Assembly (NCBI GenBank): GCA_964416155.1
Contig: CAYQCW010000004.1
Coordinates: forward strand, 92,044 to 156,043
Direction: 5' to 3'
DNA length: 64,000 bases
From: an uncultured Nitrososphaerota archaeon
GTDB lineage: Archaea > Thermoproteota > EX4484-205 > JAAOZP01
The notes under the pieces were generated by a model, which was given only the letters and a program-made list of their open reading frames with translations, did not search any database and was not told the origin of the DNA. The position numbers and the translations under genes are program-made. Shown here in pieces: positions 1 through 10,717 of the stretch; position 1 is the first letter of the stretch; every line of letters begins with the position of its first letter.

Positions 1-603
1 TTCTCCCTTCTGCCGGTTCTCCTACAGTACGCGGGAAGATTCATACCTATGCCGTCCAACCTGGGCACTTCAGGCCTCCTAGATTTTCTAGGAGGCTTTG
101 TGCCGTCGACCATCGGGACAGTGGGCGTCGTACTTTGCATTATTGGAGGAATATTTGGATTAAGGAGGAAGCCCTTACTCTTACCGTCCTCTTTGGCTAA
201 AGCGCAGGTGAGCGAAGTTGAAGAATCAACAACCTGCCAAGAATGCGGGGCAGTGAACAATGCGAGCTACAAGTTCTGCTTCAAATGCGGAGCAAGGCTG
301 AAACCCGAGAAGCCGAGGAAGACTGAGGAAGCAATGACAGTGGAGCCGTTGATTTGTCCCGTCTGCGGGAAAACATTGCTTGGAGGCTCTAAGTTCTGCA
401 GCCAGTGTGGCACACCACTATCTTGGGGTGAGCAACTCCCCCCGCCGCCGCCAGACATAGAGAGCAGACTTGAAAAACTGGAGGAAAAAATTGAGAGGCT
501 GGAGAAAACCATAGAGAAGGTTGAGCGGCTGGAAGTCAAGGAGGAACGCCAGGAGGAGGGCGAAGCCGGAGAAAGCATATTCGAAGACTACACTCCTGAT
601 TAG
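1..603 (+). CDS. Membrane protein with double zinc-ribbon domains (5' partial)
   Basis: Frame is open from base 1. It has a hydrophobic segment, two CxxCG...FCxxCG zinc ribbons, PPPPP and an acidic coiled-coil tail. Confidence 0.8.
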   Translation, partial: FSLLPVLLQYAGRFIPMPSNLGTSGLLDFLGGFVPSTIGTVGVVLCIIGGIFGLRRKPLLLPSSLAKAQVSEVEESTTCQECGAVNNASYKFCFKCGARLKPEKPRKTEEAMTVEPLICPVCGKTLLGGSKFCSQCGTPLSWGEQLPPPPPDIESRLEKLEEKIERLEKTIEKVERLEVKEERQEEGEAGESIFEDYTPD

Positions 604-674
604 CGTTCAGGCTGACGACTCTAATCCGTGTTGAAAAGCAGATTGCTTAATGGCTTCTTGCTTCAGGCATAGGC

Positions 675-2057
675 TTAGGCTTTAAGCCTCTCCGAGACCA
701 CATGGCCCACGTAGAGGCCTGAGGCCGCTGCTTGAGAAAGCCCTCTTGTGATGCCCGCGCCGTCTCCAACTGCAAACAGGTTTTTAACAGGGGTCTCGCC
801 GCGCTCGTTGACCTCAACCCTGGACGAGTAGAACTTGGCTTCAACACCGTAGAGAAGCGTGTCATGCTTCGAGAAAATCCCTGGAATAAGCGTGTCTAAA
901 GCCCTGAGCATTTCAACAATGTTTGAGAGAACCCTGTAGGGAAGGATGAAACTGAGGTCTCCAGGCGTCGCGTCTGGCAGCGTCGGAGAGATAAGGCTCC
1001 TGCTGAGGCGCTCGTAAGTAGACCTTCTTCCCTGCAATAGGTCGCCTAGTCTTTGAACAACCACGCCGTTTGAAATAAGGTTTGCAAGCTTAGCTATCGA
1101 CATGCCGTATTCAATCGGCTCTTTAAAAGGCTCCGTGAAATCCGTTGACACAAGCACAGCGAAATTAGTGTTGTCTGTCCTGTAACTGTTGTAACTGTGG
1201 CCGTTCACGGTTACTATCCCCTCATAGAACTCTGTTAAAACCTCTCCATGCGGGTTGACGCAGAAAGTCCTAACATTGTCGTCAAACCTTTTCGAAACAT
1301 ACTTCAGCTTCGGCTCATAAAGGTCCCGAGTAATGTCGTCCATTATTTCAGCCGGAACCTCTACTCTGACACCAAGATCTACAGGGTTACGTTTCATAGG
1401 GATATTGAGCTTCGTGAACTCCTTCCTCAACCATCCTGCTCCAGACCTGCCCGGGGCGACTACGATGAACCGTCCAAACATGTTTTCACCATCCTTAGTC
1501 TTAACACCCCTGGCAACACCGTTTTCAACAATGAAGCTTTCAACTTCAGTCATAACCCTTACTTCAACACTCTTCTCAAGATCATCCTTCATTCGGCTCA
1601 GTATTTTGAAAGACAGATCTGACCCCATGTGCCTAACAGGGTTCCTTTGAAGCTTCAAGCCAGCTAGGCTAGCCCTCCTCCTCCACTCCTCGAATGAATC
1701 CTCGTCGTCACCGTAAACCTTCTCCGGCGCCCCGTGGCTAAGGAAAACCTCGTCAACCCTCTTTATGTATTGACGGGTCTTCTCGGACGATAAGACCTCT
1801 GGAAGCCAGCCTCCAACCTCCGGGTCAAGAGTTATCTTCCCGTCTGAGAAAGCTCCTGCACCACCCCAGCCGCTGTAAACGTTGCAGACGCCACACCTGA
1901 CGCACAGCTTGTTAAGCCTCCTCGCGGGGCATGTTCTATCATCAATGTCACGTCCCTTTTCAAGAATCAGGATCGCCGCGTCCGAATGCTTCTCAAGAAC
2001 GCTTAAAGCACAGAATATTCCAGCCGGACCCCCTCCCACTATTATCACGTCATGCAA
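675..2057 (-). CDS. FAD-dependent oxidoreductase (COG2509-like)
   Basis: GGGPAG dinucleotide motif, Cys cluster, GxGGAGxFSDGK, C-terminal GDGAG..RG. Confidence 0.85.
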   Translation of the reverse strand: MHDVIIVGGGPAGIFCALSVLEKHSDAAILILEKGRDIDDRTCPARRLNKLCVRCGVCNVYSGWGGAGAFSDGKITLDPEVGGWLPEVLSSEKTRQYIKRVDEVFLSHGAPEKVYGDDEDSFEEWRRRASLAGLKLQRNPVRHMGSDLSFKILSRMKDDLEKSVEVRVMTEVESFIVENGVARGVKTKDGENMFGRFIVVAPGRSGAGWLRKEFTKLNIPMKRNPVDLGVRVEVPAEIMDDITRDLYEPKLKYVSKRFDDNVRTFCVNPHGEVLTEFYEGIVTVNGHSYNSYRTDNTNFAVLVSTDFTEPFKEPIEYGMSIAKLANLISNGVVVQRLGDLLQGRRSTYERLSRSLISPTLPDATPGDLSFILPYRVLSNIVEMLRALDTLIPGIFSKHDTLLYGVEAKFYSSRVEVNERGETPVKNLFAVGDGAGITRGLSQAAASGLYVGHVVSERLKA

Positions 2058-2126
2058 TACTGCTTCCTTTTCCCAACCCTCCCCACTGATACTTTTAAGT
2101 TTACCGTTTAGATAGGCTCCTCAGAC

Positions 2127-3032
2127 TTGAGGAGAATAGGGATAATAGGCTCCGGAAAAGTAGGGTGCTCCGCGGCAACCTTCCTATTAACTGAGGCTGA
2201 CGAAATAGTGCTTTACGACATAGTGCCTAAGCTTCCAGTCGGAGAGGCCCTAGACCTGCAGAACGCGGCTGAAGCCCTTGGTTTAAATGTTGAGGTTAAG
2301 GGGACTAACGATCTCTCGCTGCTTCACGGCTTGGACGTCGTTATCGTGACGGCGGGTTTTGGAAGAACCCCGGGGATGAGCAGGATGAACCTGTTGAGCA
2401 AGAATCTGCCGATAATAGAGGGTATAGCTAGGGAATACGCTGGTGGAGGAGACAGTGGAACCGTCTTCATAATGGTCACCAATCCTGTTGACGTTTTAAC
2501 CTATGTTTTCTGGAGAAGAGCCGGCGTTGAGAGGCACAGAGTGGCGGGCTTAAGCGGCGTCCTTGATTCAAGCCGTTTAAAAACGATAATAAGACTGAGC
2601 AGGAGAATCAGGATAAGTGGCTTAAGCTCGTTCGTTCTCGGGGAGCACGGTGAGAACATGGTGATCCTGAGAGACAGGATGCGTGAAGAATACGGGTTAA
2701 GCGACACGGATCTAGATCTGGTTCTAGGCGAGACTGTTAAGGCAGCCGCCGAGATAATAAGCATGAAGGGAGCCACGGTCCACGGGCCGGGTGCGTCCAT
2801 AGCTAGAATGGTTGAAGCAGTGCTATCGGACAAGGGAGAAGTCCTGCCGGCATCAGTCGTCTTAGACGGGGAATACGGGATAAAGGATGTTTGCCTAGGA
2901 GTACCCGTTAAAGCAGGGAGAGAAGGCTTCAAAGTGGTTCAGGAAAAGCTGGGTGAGAATGAAGTTAACATGTTGAAGAAGGCTGCTGAAAGCATCATAA
3001 CAGCGTTAGAGCAAATAGGATACAGAAAATAA
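2127..3032 (+). CDS. mdh: Malate dehydrogenase (LDH-like)
   Basis: GSGKVG, AGFGRTPGMSR (malate-type Arg), VTNPVD, LDSSR, GEHG. Confidence 0.85.
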   Translation: MRRIGIIGSGKVGCSAATFLLTEADEIVLYDIVPKLPVGEALDLQNAAEALGLNVEVKGTNDLSLLHGLDVVIVTAGFGRTPGMSRMNLLSKNLPIIEGIAREYAGGGDSGTVFIMVTNPVDVLTYVFWRRAGVERHRVAGLSGVLDSSRLKTIIRLSRRIRISGLSSFVLGEHGENMVILRDRMREEYGLSDTDLDLVLGETVKAAAEIISMKGATVHGPGASIARMVEAVLSDKGEVLPASVVLDGEYGIKDVCLGVPVKAGREGFKVVQEKLGENEVNMLKKAAESIITALEQIGYRK

Positions 3033-3463
3033 AGAATAGAATACACGTTGCCTAACATAGGTTGCCCTCTCTAAAATGTCACGCTTGCAACCACACTGAA
3101 AAAATAACCTTATATAGCTGGCTCGACTAGACCGGAACAAGATGATTCTGCAGAATGCTTAAAAACGTTTATAATGCTGATTTCAAGCTTGAACACAATA
3201 GGGGGCTCCTTCCTATTCATAATGAATAATCGGGAGAAGGCGTATCAGCATATATTACACGAATATCCAGCGGGGTTCAAAAGGATATAGTCTACATAGG
3301 TGTGGAACCATTGTCCTAGGGCTCGCATGTCTAATCTCGGTGAAACTAGTTAAAAATAAAAATGCAGGGTAACAAGCTAGGAAACCTCGTGAATAACTTA
3401 AGATACTCTATGACTGCAACTTGGCCGTTTTGCTTAAGCACCCAGTTACGAATGGCAACTGCT

Positions 3464-3992
3464 CTAAGCGGTTTTATGGTGGCGCTGGTTTTCCCAGTAC
3501 TGCTGCGCTATTTGAAAGAAGTTTTCAAGAATCCTTTTCATCAGGATGCTCCTCCTCATGATGAGAAAGCCTTTATCAAGTATCCTTCAAGATGAGTGCC
3601 CACGTTTCTATCCTTCTCTCCCGGTTTTAGGCGGCGAATTGGCGAACAGCCCAGTTCACGGCGGGGATGCCAGTAGGCCATACCGATCACCTGGTGCCCG
3701 CCGCATATCCCTAGAACAGGGACCCGGGCCTCTAATTATTTCAAACTCCCTCGCCCAGTCGTTCTTCACAAACCGCTCCCAGGGGGGTGCCGCTGCCGCT
3801 CCGGATGACTGCCAACGGCTCCAGCTCCTGAACCTCCTTTAGTGAACACCTACTGGAGTACCTAACGACACAGGGACCTGTGTAGACACGGTAAATCTCT
3901 CTACGCATGTTCTCGTAGCGTTTCTCCGCCTACTCACTATCAAGATCAGTATCGCCATTGTCAACATAGTAAACGATGCCACATGCTCGCAT
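3464..3992 (-). pseudogene. Decayed class I glutamine amidotransferase
   Basis: Hand translation gives SGSGTP, the nucleophile elbow PVLGICGGHQVIGMAY (~3673-3720) and C-terminal KRILENFF, broken by stops and frameshifts. Confidence 0.7.
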
Positions 3993-4045
3993 GTCTCAAC
4001 CCGAATAGTAGCGAAGCACGTATAAAACTGTTAAAGCTGAGAAAG

Positions 4046-4133
4046 TGGACCGGGAGGGACTCGAACCCTCAAGCCTCCCGTATTTTGTCCTGTCGGTCGC
4101 CAAACGGGCGTTCTACCTTTGAACTACCGGCCC
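4046..4133 (-). tRNA. tRNA-Ala(GGC) with a 15-nt intron at 37/38 (intron 4083-4097)
   Basis: Acceptor GGGCCGG/CCGGTCC with G3:U70, D-stem GTTC/GAAC, anticodon stem CCCGT/ACGGG, T-arm GAGGG-TTCGAGT-CCCTC, relaxed bulge-helix-bulge. Confidence 0.92.
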
Positions 4134-4157
4134 TTGATTTAACCTGTTTTTCCGAAT

Positions 4158-4172
4158 GATATTTAAGTTTTC
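4158..4172 (-). promoter_or_regulatory. BRE/TATA box of tRNA-Ala
   Basis: AAACTTAAATA on the minus strand, about 30 nt upstream of the tRNA 5' end. Confidence 0.55.
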
Positions 4173-4306
4173 CCTTGGATGCTTTTTCACGGGGGCGGCG
4201 GGGCCGCGGCAAATAATTGCGCAGTGTTAAACCAGTTTTTAACGAGTTTTACAGCATTCCTTGAAAGGAAACCCATAAAAACCCTTTTGAAGCGTTCAAC
4301 CAGTAG

Positions 4307-4618
4307 TTGGTGAACAGGGCGAGGATAAAGATAGTGAGTAACGAGCTGAGCAATCTTCAAACAGTAGTAGACCAAATACTTAAGATAGCTAAGGAGAACA
4401 ATGTTAGGGTTTCAGGCCCGATTCCGCTTCCGAGAAAGGTTTTGAAGGTTACCACCCAGAAGAACCCTAGTGGGCAGGGCACGATAACTTGGGACAAGTT
4501 TGAAATGCGTTTCTACAGGAGGCTGATCTACCTTGGGCTTAACGATAAGGCTCTTAGAGCCTTAACGACGATACGAATACCGCAGAACGTCACAATAACT
4601 CTCGACCTAATCTCTTGA
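4307..4618 (+). CDS. rps10: 30S ribosomal protein S10 (uS10)
   Basis: VSGPIPLP, NPSGQG..TWDKFEMR..RLI. Confidence 0.93.
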   Translation: MVNRARIKIVSNELSNLQTVVDQILKIAKENNVRVSGPIPLPRKVLKVTTQKNPSGQGTITWDKFEMRFYRRLIYLGLNDKALRALTTIRIPQNVTITLDLIS

Positions 4619-5344
4619 GAAACCTATTCTCCGTCTAATCATGAAAAGGAGTATTTTCAAGCCGTCTTTAAGCGGGTTCAGCTTTGAGAAGCCTATCCTG
4701 CTGTAGTATCTTATTCCGACCTCTGTTATTCTGAGGCCTTTCCTACATGCTTCGGTTAACACTTCTGTCGAGAAGGGCATGCCGTTCTCCCTAAGCCTCA
4801 TCCTCAAGTAGGCTTCTCTCGAGAATACTTTCATCCCAGTCTGCGTGTCACCGATCCTTCTGAGGAATAGCATTGAGAAAACAGTGTTCACTATGAAGTT
4901 GCCAATGTATCTCGGGGTGCTCATTCCCGCCGGTTTGCTACTGAACCTTCGTCCTGTGGCTACATCCGTCTCCCCCTTCTTCACTGTGTCGACGAGCCTC
5001 TTTAAGTCCGCCGGGTCATAGGTTCCATCCCCATCCATAAAGGCGAGCACCCTGCCCCTGGCTTTCTCCAATCCTTTTCTTATCGCCGCCCCGTATCCTT
5101 TCCTCTCCTGCTTAACTACAATTACTCCAAGAGATGAGGCTATTTCAGCGGTTTTATCATCACTTGAATCTACGACTATGATTTCCGCCCCTGGAAGCCA
5201 TCTCTTGGCACGCTCTATAACTAGCCCTATTGGTTTCTCCTCGTTCAGGGTTGGAATGATTACTGACACGTCGCTATGATCCTGCACCGTATGATGTTTG
5301 TTTTTCACAGGAAAAAATGTGTTTATCACACAGATTGATTCCAA
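4607..5344 (-). CDS. Glycosyltransferase family 2 (DPM1-like); true start probably ~5289
   Basis: VIIPTLNEE, VVDSSDDKT, GYGAA, MDGDGTY, DTQTG. Confidence 0.88.
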   Translation of the reverse strand: MESICVINTFFPVKNKHHTVQDHSDVSVIIPTLNEEKPIGLVIERAKRWLPGAEIIVVDSSDDKTAEIASSLGVIVVKQERKGYGAAIRKGLEKARGRVLAFMDGDGTYDPADLKRLVDTVKKGETDVATGRRFSSKPAGMSTPRYIGNFIVNTVFSMLFLRRIGDTQTGMKVFSREAYLRMRLRENGMPFSTEVLTEACRKGLRITEVGIRYYSRIGFSKLNPLKDGLKILLFMIRRRIGFSRD

Positions 5345-5418
5345 CCTCTGGATCTCTTTAAAAATCTTTTTAAAACAACATTTTTTCCTTTTTTCAATTC
5401 ATTTAAAAAGAAATCTCC

Positions 5419-7053
5419 TTAAAAAATCTGTTTCAAATCATTTTCAGAAATGTTCAACTCTTTTATCACCAAATCTCTTATTTTAGGCATGTAGAGAAGT
5501 ATTATTGGAATGTTTTCCGAGCCAATGTCTAAAACATATTCTCTAACAGACTCGTAAAGCGGCTGCACACCGCCGTCGGCTGGGAAAGAGATGGAGCCAC
5601 GGTTTCCGATTGAGAATAATAGTCCAGCCTCCCTGCAAGACTTAAGGTATCTGAGAATAAAGGAGTTGACGAAGTTCTGTGCTGTGCGCCTGCTCCATTT
5701 CATTCGGAAATGCGGATGGTTGGAGACAAGGAACCCAGCCAGGTTCTTCTGCTGAACGGTTTTCCCGCTTGCTGAATCAGGGTTCTGCAGCTCTAGGAAA
5801 GCCATGCAGACCATTATGAACAACGGGATCGGCGAGACGTTTTCCAGGTCGACCGCCTTCCTGCTGCCAGCCGGCATTGGCCTGGGACCGAGGATGAACC
5901 CTGCCAAGTCGCTTAGAGGAAAATCCTTATGGTTCTCCCAGAGCCTAAGGATCTCTTCAGCGAGCCTTTTCGAGAAGGAGGTGTTTAGGCTGTTTATTGT
6001 CTGCGACGGCCTGATGCTTTTAAGCTCCTTCCTCAATTCTTCAATCGCCCCGCTGCTTGAAACAGTCATCCTCTCGATTATTCTCGTCAAGACTTTTATC
6101 GCGTTATCCTGCTTCTCAATAGTCTTCTTGCTTATGTCGACATCCTTCCTAATCCCTTCCAGAATGCCCAGTAGGTCGTTCATCGTCGCCTCCCCCCCGC
6201 TTCTAGTTTCTAACTGGCCTAGGGAGAACTGTTTCACCCTAGAGTCCATGACTTGGGTGTTTATGCTGAGCAGGAAAACCCCGGTGACTATCTTAGGGAA
6301 AACAGTGTCATACTCTGTGTAACTCAGCCTGATTATTTCAGCACCCCCGGTCAGGGAGAAGAACACTACAGCAATATAGGTTAGAAACATCATTATGTAG
6401 ACGCTCGCCCTATAGTTCAGAGCCACCTCGGCGGACAGGTAGAGGAAGATCAGTTCGAGGAAGAAGATAAAAGTCTCGTACATGAACCATTGCGTCAGGT
6501 AGCGCGGAAGAAGGGCATCGGACAAGACGAATGAAATTATGCTTGAGAAGCCTATTACCAGCGTTCCCGCATAGAGCAGGTATCTTATGTTCCTCCTATC
6601 TTCAAAAGGCGAAACAAGTATCTGAATCTGGAATATGAATATTTTGGCAAGCACTGAGAGTATTAGGAAGACCGTGAGCATCGAGATCACACCCCTAAGG
6701 TTCTGAAAGTATAGAAAGCTGGGCTTACCCAGGTAGAACAGGACTGCGACGAAAATCATGAGAATAGGCAGAATAGTGTAGGATGTAATCCGGAGGCTTT
6801 CGACAAGTATGAGGAAAGGATTGGACCTGCTTCTTTCAAGCCTAAGCTTGTCCGCCCCACCAACTATGAGGGTCGCGACTAGGGCGACTGTACCCGTCTG
6901 AAGCATCGGAACGGCTAGGAAAAACTTGGCGACATCCAGCAGGATTGAGATGGAGAAAAGGTTTATCGTGATTAGAAGCAGTATTATATAGAGCTTGCTG
7001 AAGCCGCGCTGCCTCAGCCGGTAGAACTCCACTATCTCCCTCGGATTAATCAA
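5419..7053 (-). CDS. Hypothetical polytopic membrane protein with coiled coil and soluble C-terminal domain
   Basis: 544-aa ORF with about 8 hydrophobic segments, then a heptad-rich linker and a soluble domain. Confidence 0.7.
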   Translation of the reverse strand: MINPREIVEFYRLRQRGFSKLYIILLLITINLFSISILLDVAKFFLAVPMLQTGTVALVATLIVGGADKLRLERSRSNPFLILVESLRITSYTILPILMIFVAVLFYLGKPSFLYFQNLRGVISMLTVFLILSVLAKIFIFQIQILVSPFEDRRNIRYLLYAGTLVIGFSSIISFVLSDALLPRYLTQWFMYETFIFFLELIFLYLSAEVALNYRASVYIMMFLTYIAVVFFSLTGGAEIIRLSYTEYDTVFPKIVTGVFLLSINTQVMDSRVKQFSLGQLETRSGGEATMNDLLGILEGIRKDVDISKKTIEKQDNAIKVLTRIIERMTVSSSGAIEELRKELKSIRPSQTINSLNTSFSKRLAEEILRLWENHKDFPLSDLAGFILGPRPMPAGSRKAVDLENVSPIPLFIMVCMAFLELQNPDSASGKTVQQKNLAGFLVSNHPHFRMKWSRRTAQNFVNSFILRYLKSCREAGLLFSIGNRGSISFPADGGVQPLYESVREYVLDIGSENIPIILLYMPKIRDLVIKELNISENDLKQIF

Positions 7054-7163
7054 CCCTGGGCGGACCCTGCTAGATGAATATGCGGTTAAACGCTTATTTA
7101 TTTTTTCCCACCGGCAGTTGTTAAGCTGGTAAAACTTATCTAAGGGGTCTTTGAAGATTTTCC

Positions 7164-8006
7164 ATGCCTAAGGAGGTTAGAATAGGGATACTAGGCGGAT
7201 CAGGGCTTTACACTCTTCTCGAGGCGGTTGGACACAGGATTGTTGAAACCCCATTCGGCAAAACGCCGCGAGTAGAGCTCGGGTATATCGGAGATAAGGC
7301 TGTAGCCTTCCTGCCGAGACATGCTAAGCCAGGCAGCCTCAGGGTTTCCCACGCTGTTCCACCCTCGGAGATAAATTACAGGGCAAACATTTATGGTCTT
7401 AAGAAGCTTGGTGTTGAAAGAATATTCACAACCCAGGCGGCTGGCTCAATAAACCCGAATATTAAACCCGGAGAATTCGTCATCGTCGACCAAGTTATAG
7501 ATGCGACTAAAAGGAGAATCCCGACTTTTTTCAACGGCAAGACTAGGATTAAAGTCTTTAAGGATAGGCCTCCAGTCGGCGGAGTGGTGCACATTGATTT
7601 TACGAATCCCTACTGCCCGGAGCTCAGGGAGGTTTTAAGGAAATCATGCGAGGAGGAGAACATATTCTGCCATCCAAGGGGCACGTACATATGCACCGAG
7701 GGCCCCAGGTTCGAGTCTCCGGCGGAGATTGCAGCCTACAGGACTTGGGGTGCCGACGTAGTCGGTATGACGGGCTACCCGGAAGTGGCCTTGGCGAGGG
7801 AGCTCGGAATATGCTACGCGAGCATAGTGATGTCCACCAACTATGCGGCAGGCACGGGGCCGGTGAAGATTACGCATGAGGAGGTTAAGGAGATCTTTAA
7901 CAGGAACATAGATAACGTTAAGAGGCTGCTTGCAAGAGCTGTTAAAAACACGTCGAAAGAGAGTAAGTGTGAGTGCGCCAGGTCGCTAGAGGGAGCAACC
8001 GCTTAG
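7164..8006 (+). CDS. mtnP: 5'-methylthioadenosine/purine nucleoside phosphorylase
   Basis: IGILGGSG, FLPRH, INYRANI, EGPRFES, GADVVGMT, TNYA. Confidence 0.9.
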   Translation: MPKEVRIGILGGSGLYTLLEAVGHRIVETPFGKTPRVELGYIGDKAVAFLPRHAKPGSLRVSHAVPPSEINYRANIYGLKKLGVERIFTTQAAGSINPNIKPGEFVIVDQVIDATKRRIPTFFNGKTRIKVFKDRPPVGGVVHIDFTNPYCPELREVLRKSCEEENIFCHPRGTYICTEGPRFESPAEIAAYRTWGADVVGMTGYPEVALARELGICYASIVMSTNYAAGTGPVKITHEEVKEIFNRNIDNVKRLLARAVKNTSKESKCECARSLEGATA

Positions 8007-8018
8007 AACAGTTTTACT

Positions 8019-8381
8019 TTATTCTTCCATCCAGTCCTCTTTCTCCAGGTTTTCAGGAGAAACATAGTTTCCAAACTTTTTCTGTACTTTCATTAAACGA
8101 GCCCCCTGCTCTTCGAGTATTTCAAATAGTTCCTGCGCGTGTCTTCATTCTCTTTGAAGACTCTTTCCACACGGTTTATTTTAACCAGGTTTTCACGGAT
8201 ACGCGTCGTAAACTGTTTCACGTAGTCCGCCTTAATACTCGACGCCACGCAACTCGAAAATCCTTCTTAGATTCTTATACTTGGGAATCCAGCCGGTGGG
8301 GGATTTTATGGCTTCCACGTCTTTAAACCCTCAGCCCCATCCGTTTTATCCAAACCTGTTTATCCCGCTGTCGTTCAGGAA
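8019..8381 (-). pseudogene. pckG: C-terminal remnant of archaeal GTP-dependent PEP carboxykinase
   Basis: Frameshifted translation FLND..DKQVWIKRMGLRV..DVEAIKSPTGWIPKY..DYVKQFTTRI..ELFEILEEQ..KFGNYVSP resembles the C-terminus of archaeal PCK[GTP] as I recall it. Confidence 0.7.
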
Positions 8382-8409
8382 CTCTATTCAACTCTCTTCT
8401 AAGAGAGAA

Positions 8410-8540
8410 AAGCTTGAGAAATCAGGGGCACCATACCGGTTGAGTTAAAACCATATTTGGACAACCAGACTAAGACGCTCCTAACCCTGATAAGGGTCCT
8501 AAGGTCAACCTACACCACGGCCAAAACCAGTAGGGATTAA
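8410..8540 (+). pseudogene. 3' remnant paralogous to the CDS at 12215-12685
   Basis: RGTIPVELKPYLDNQTKTLLTLIRVLRSTYTTA versus RGEMPRELETYLDNHVKTLLSLIRELRSTYTTA. Confidence 0.85.
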
Positions 8541-8751
8541 GATCATAACGCGATGCAGATATCATCAACACTTAAACAATAAGCATAGCAAGAAAAGCTT
8601 GATTTAGCGTTCATTAGTATTCTGTTCTCAATGGAAAAATAATATTTGATCCATTATGATTCAATCCCGATAATTCCCCCTTCCTCACCCAATATTCTCA
8701 TCTCCAATATGTATTAAAGCCGCTGCGCATAAATAATTTGCCAAGACAAGC

Positions 8752-10323
8752 CTATCCTAAGCAGCGCCTAATTTTTGCAGCTTCAATCAGAAGCCTTTTT
8801 GCCTCTTCTTTGTCCTGCTCAAGAAAAGCTATAAGAAAATTGTTAATTATATTTTCATATTTCATCTGAGAGAAGGTTTGGGGGCCGAGCCGAATTGACA
8901 GGTTTTCTTCTACTGCATGTAAGTCCCTAATTATGTCAGTAATTGCTGAACGTAATTTTTCACTATCAACGCCAACGGTTTTTGCCACACGCTCATGCAT
9001 CTCCGTCAGCATGTTCAAGTTACGCCATGAGAGAAAAACACCAGCAGTTTTAAGGTCACTTTTTAAGGTCATATAATAGTCCTCCAAGACATCCCACTCG
9101 GCCTCCTCCAAGTCCTCCAAGGCTCTAAGCCCAATCAACTCTGGCGGGATCCCGAGGCTATACAGTGCCCCGGCGAAAGGTATAGCCCTCGGCAGCGACA
9201 CCCCCCCTAAACTACGGCTATAACCAAAGAGCCCAATATGCAACTTTCGCGCCCTCCTCGAGGGGATAATCGAAGCTACGCTATTTATCAGAGGGGCAAG
9301 CCTCTCCACAACACTCTGATATTTCTCCATGAACTTAAAGAGCACGCCCTTAAGGGCTTCAGCCTCATGGAGCTCTATGATCACCGGCTCTTTGTATGGA
9401 AGGTTTTCATTAAGAAAGGATATAACATTCTTAACTTCGTCGGAGGGATAGTCATACTTAAGTGCTGATTGGATAGTGATGGTGTAAACACCCCTATATT
9501 CCTCAACAAAATTTTTCAGGTTTTCTGGAGACAAGTGGCCCCTAAATGGCATGCTCCCGACGCCTAAAATTGGATGGATGCTAACGTTTGTGGACTCCTC
9601 AAACCGTTTAAGCTGGGAAAGGGCGAGTTTACTTAAACCTACGGCACACACCAAGCCATAGTTTAGCGCCGGATCCGACCTGGCTAAGAAAACTCTAAGG
9701 TATTTTGGTTTAACTGTCTTAACAAAAGATGAGAGTATCTCATTCATGCTAAGAATGCTTTTAAGGTCCTCGATGAGTGGGATAACCTCTATAGTCTCGG
9801 GCTTGAAACGACCAAGCCACTCATCGACCCTGATTTTTTCATCTAGATTGACGCAACTGGTTCCAATTATGACCTTCTCATAGCATTTCTTAAGCCAAAC
9901 AAGATCTTCCCCCCTTGTCGTGAAAGGCAGTATAACCTCAAAGATTGGCGAAACCTCCTGCTGATAGAAGCGGGTGGCAATATCATGTGCAACTGGAATG
10001 CTTTCAAGAGACTCTAGAAGGATCTTCTGCTCAGCCACCTCAACATACGGATTCGGGACACGATAAGTTAAGTAAACATCCTCTCCCAACACCTTCTCCT
10101 TAAAAAAATCACCATAATTCTCTAACAGCTTTCGGACAACATGAGTATCCACATCCTTCCCCTCAGCATCCCACATAATCTCCATACAGCCCAAGTCATG
10201 ATAGGCATAATACGCCTCATAAACCTCAGCGTCGCCATGGATTATTGAGCCTCCAGCCCAAGGAGGAACAGAAGCATTATCTGGATGCTGCGTAGACATA
10301 GTTCTAGGAATTTTCTTCCTCAA
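8752..10323 (-). CDS. ppcA: Archaeal-type phosphoenolpyruvate carboxylase
   Basis: IPRTMSTQHPDN, MWDAEGK, FLARSDPALNYG, PFRGH, LHIGLFGYSR, LPRAI. TTG start at 10323 preferred. Confidence 0.95.
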   Translation of the reverse strand: MRKKIPRTMSTQHPDNASVPPWAGGSIIHGDAEVYEAYYAYHDLGCMEIMWDAEGKDVDTHVVRKLLENYGDFFKEKVLGEDVYLTYRVPNPYVEVAEQKILLESLESIPVAHDIATRFYQQEVSPIFEVILPFTTRGEDLVWLKKCYEKVIIGTSCVNLDEKIRVDEWLGRFKPETIEVIPLIEDLKSILSMNEILSSFVKTVKPKYLRVFLARSDPALNYGLVCAVGLSKLALSQLKRFEESTNVSIHPILGVGSMPFRGHLSPENLKNFVEEYRGVYTITIQSALKYDYPSDEVKNVISFLNENLPYKEPVIIELHEAEALKGVLFKFMEKYQSVVERLAPLINSVASIIPSRRARKLHIGLFGYSRSLGGVSLPRAIPFAGALYSLGIPPELIGLRALEDLEEAEWDVLEDYYMTLKSDLKTAGVFLSWRNLNMLTEMHERVAKTVGVDSEKLRSAITDIIRDLHAVEENLSIRLGPQTFSQMKYENIINNFLIAFLEQDKEEAKRLLIEAAKIRRCLG

Positions 10324-10717
10324 AGACCACACCAGGCTTCTCGATATAACGGAGGAAATAAAGTTATCGCTCAAGTTGTGGGGTATGAAAATTGTGACGC
10401 ATATCACAAAACATAGCTCAGTTAAAACAACAGGGTTAGACAGAGCAATATTTTAGCCTGTGACAATTTCTCTTTAAAGGTATATATGAGAAGCTTCAAT
10501 AACCTTTACTTTCTTTCACGATCTTTCCTAGAAGATCATTATCCGCCTTAAAAACAACTGGTTTATGTGCATAATTACTACAGATCGATTGTCGTCGCCA
10601 CTCATCGTCGTCTTATTCCTTGATTCAGGTTATATAAAGTGCACGATCCATTTTTCATCCTTATTTTATGCAACTATACAAGGGAAGCAGGAGGGAGAGA
10701 GTTTAATTTTAACCGTG

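Noticed and set aside
3033-3460. Possible replication origin (AT-rich, TTCAAGCTTGAACACAATAGGGGG ORB-like)
   Set aside because: Single weak match, no repeats and no cdc6/orc1 nearby.
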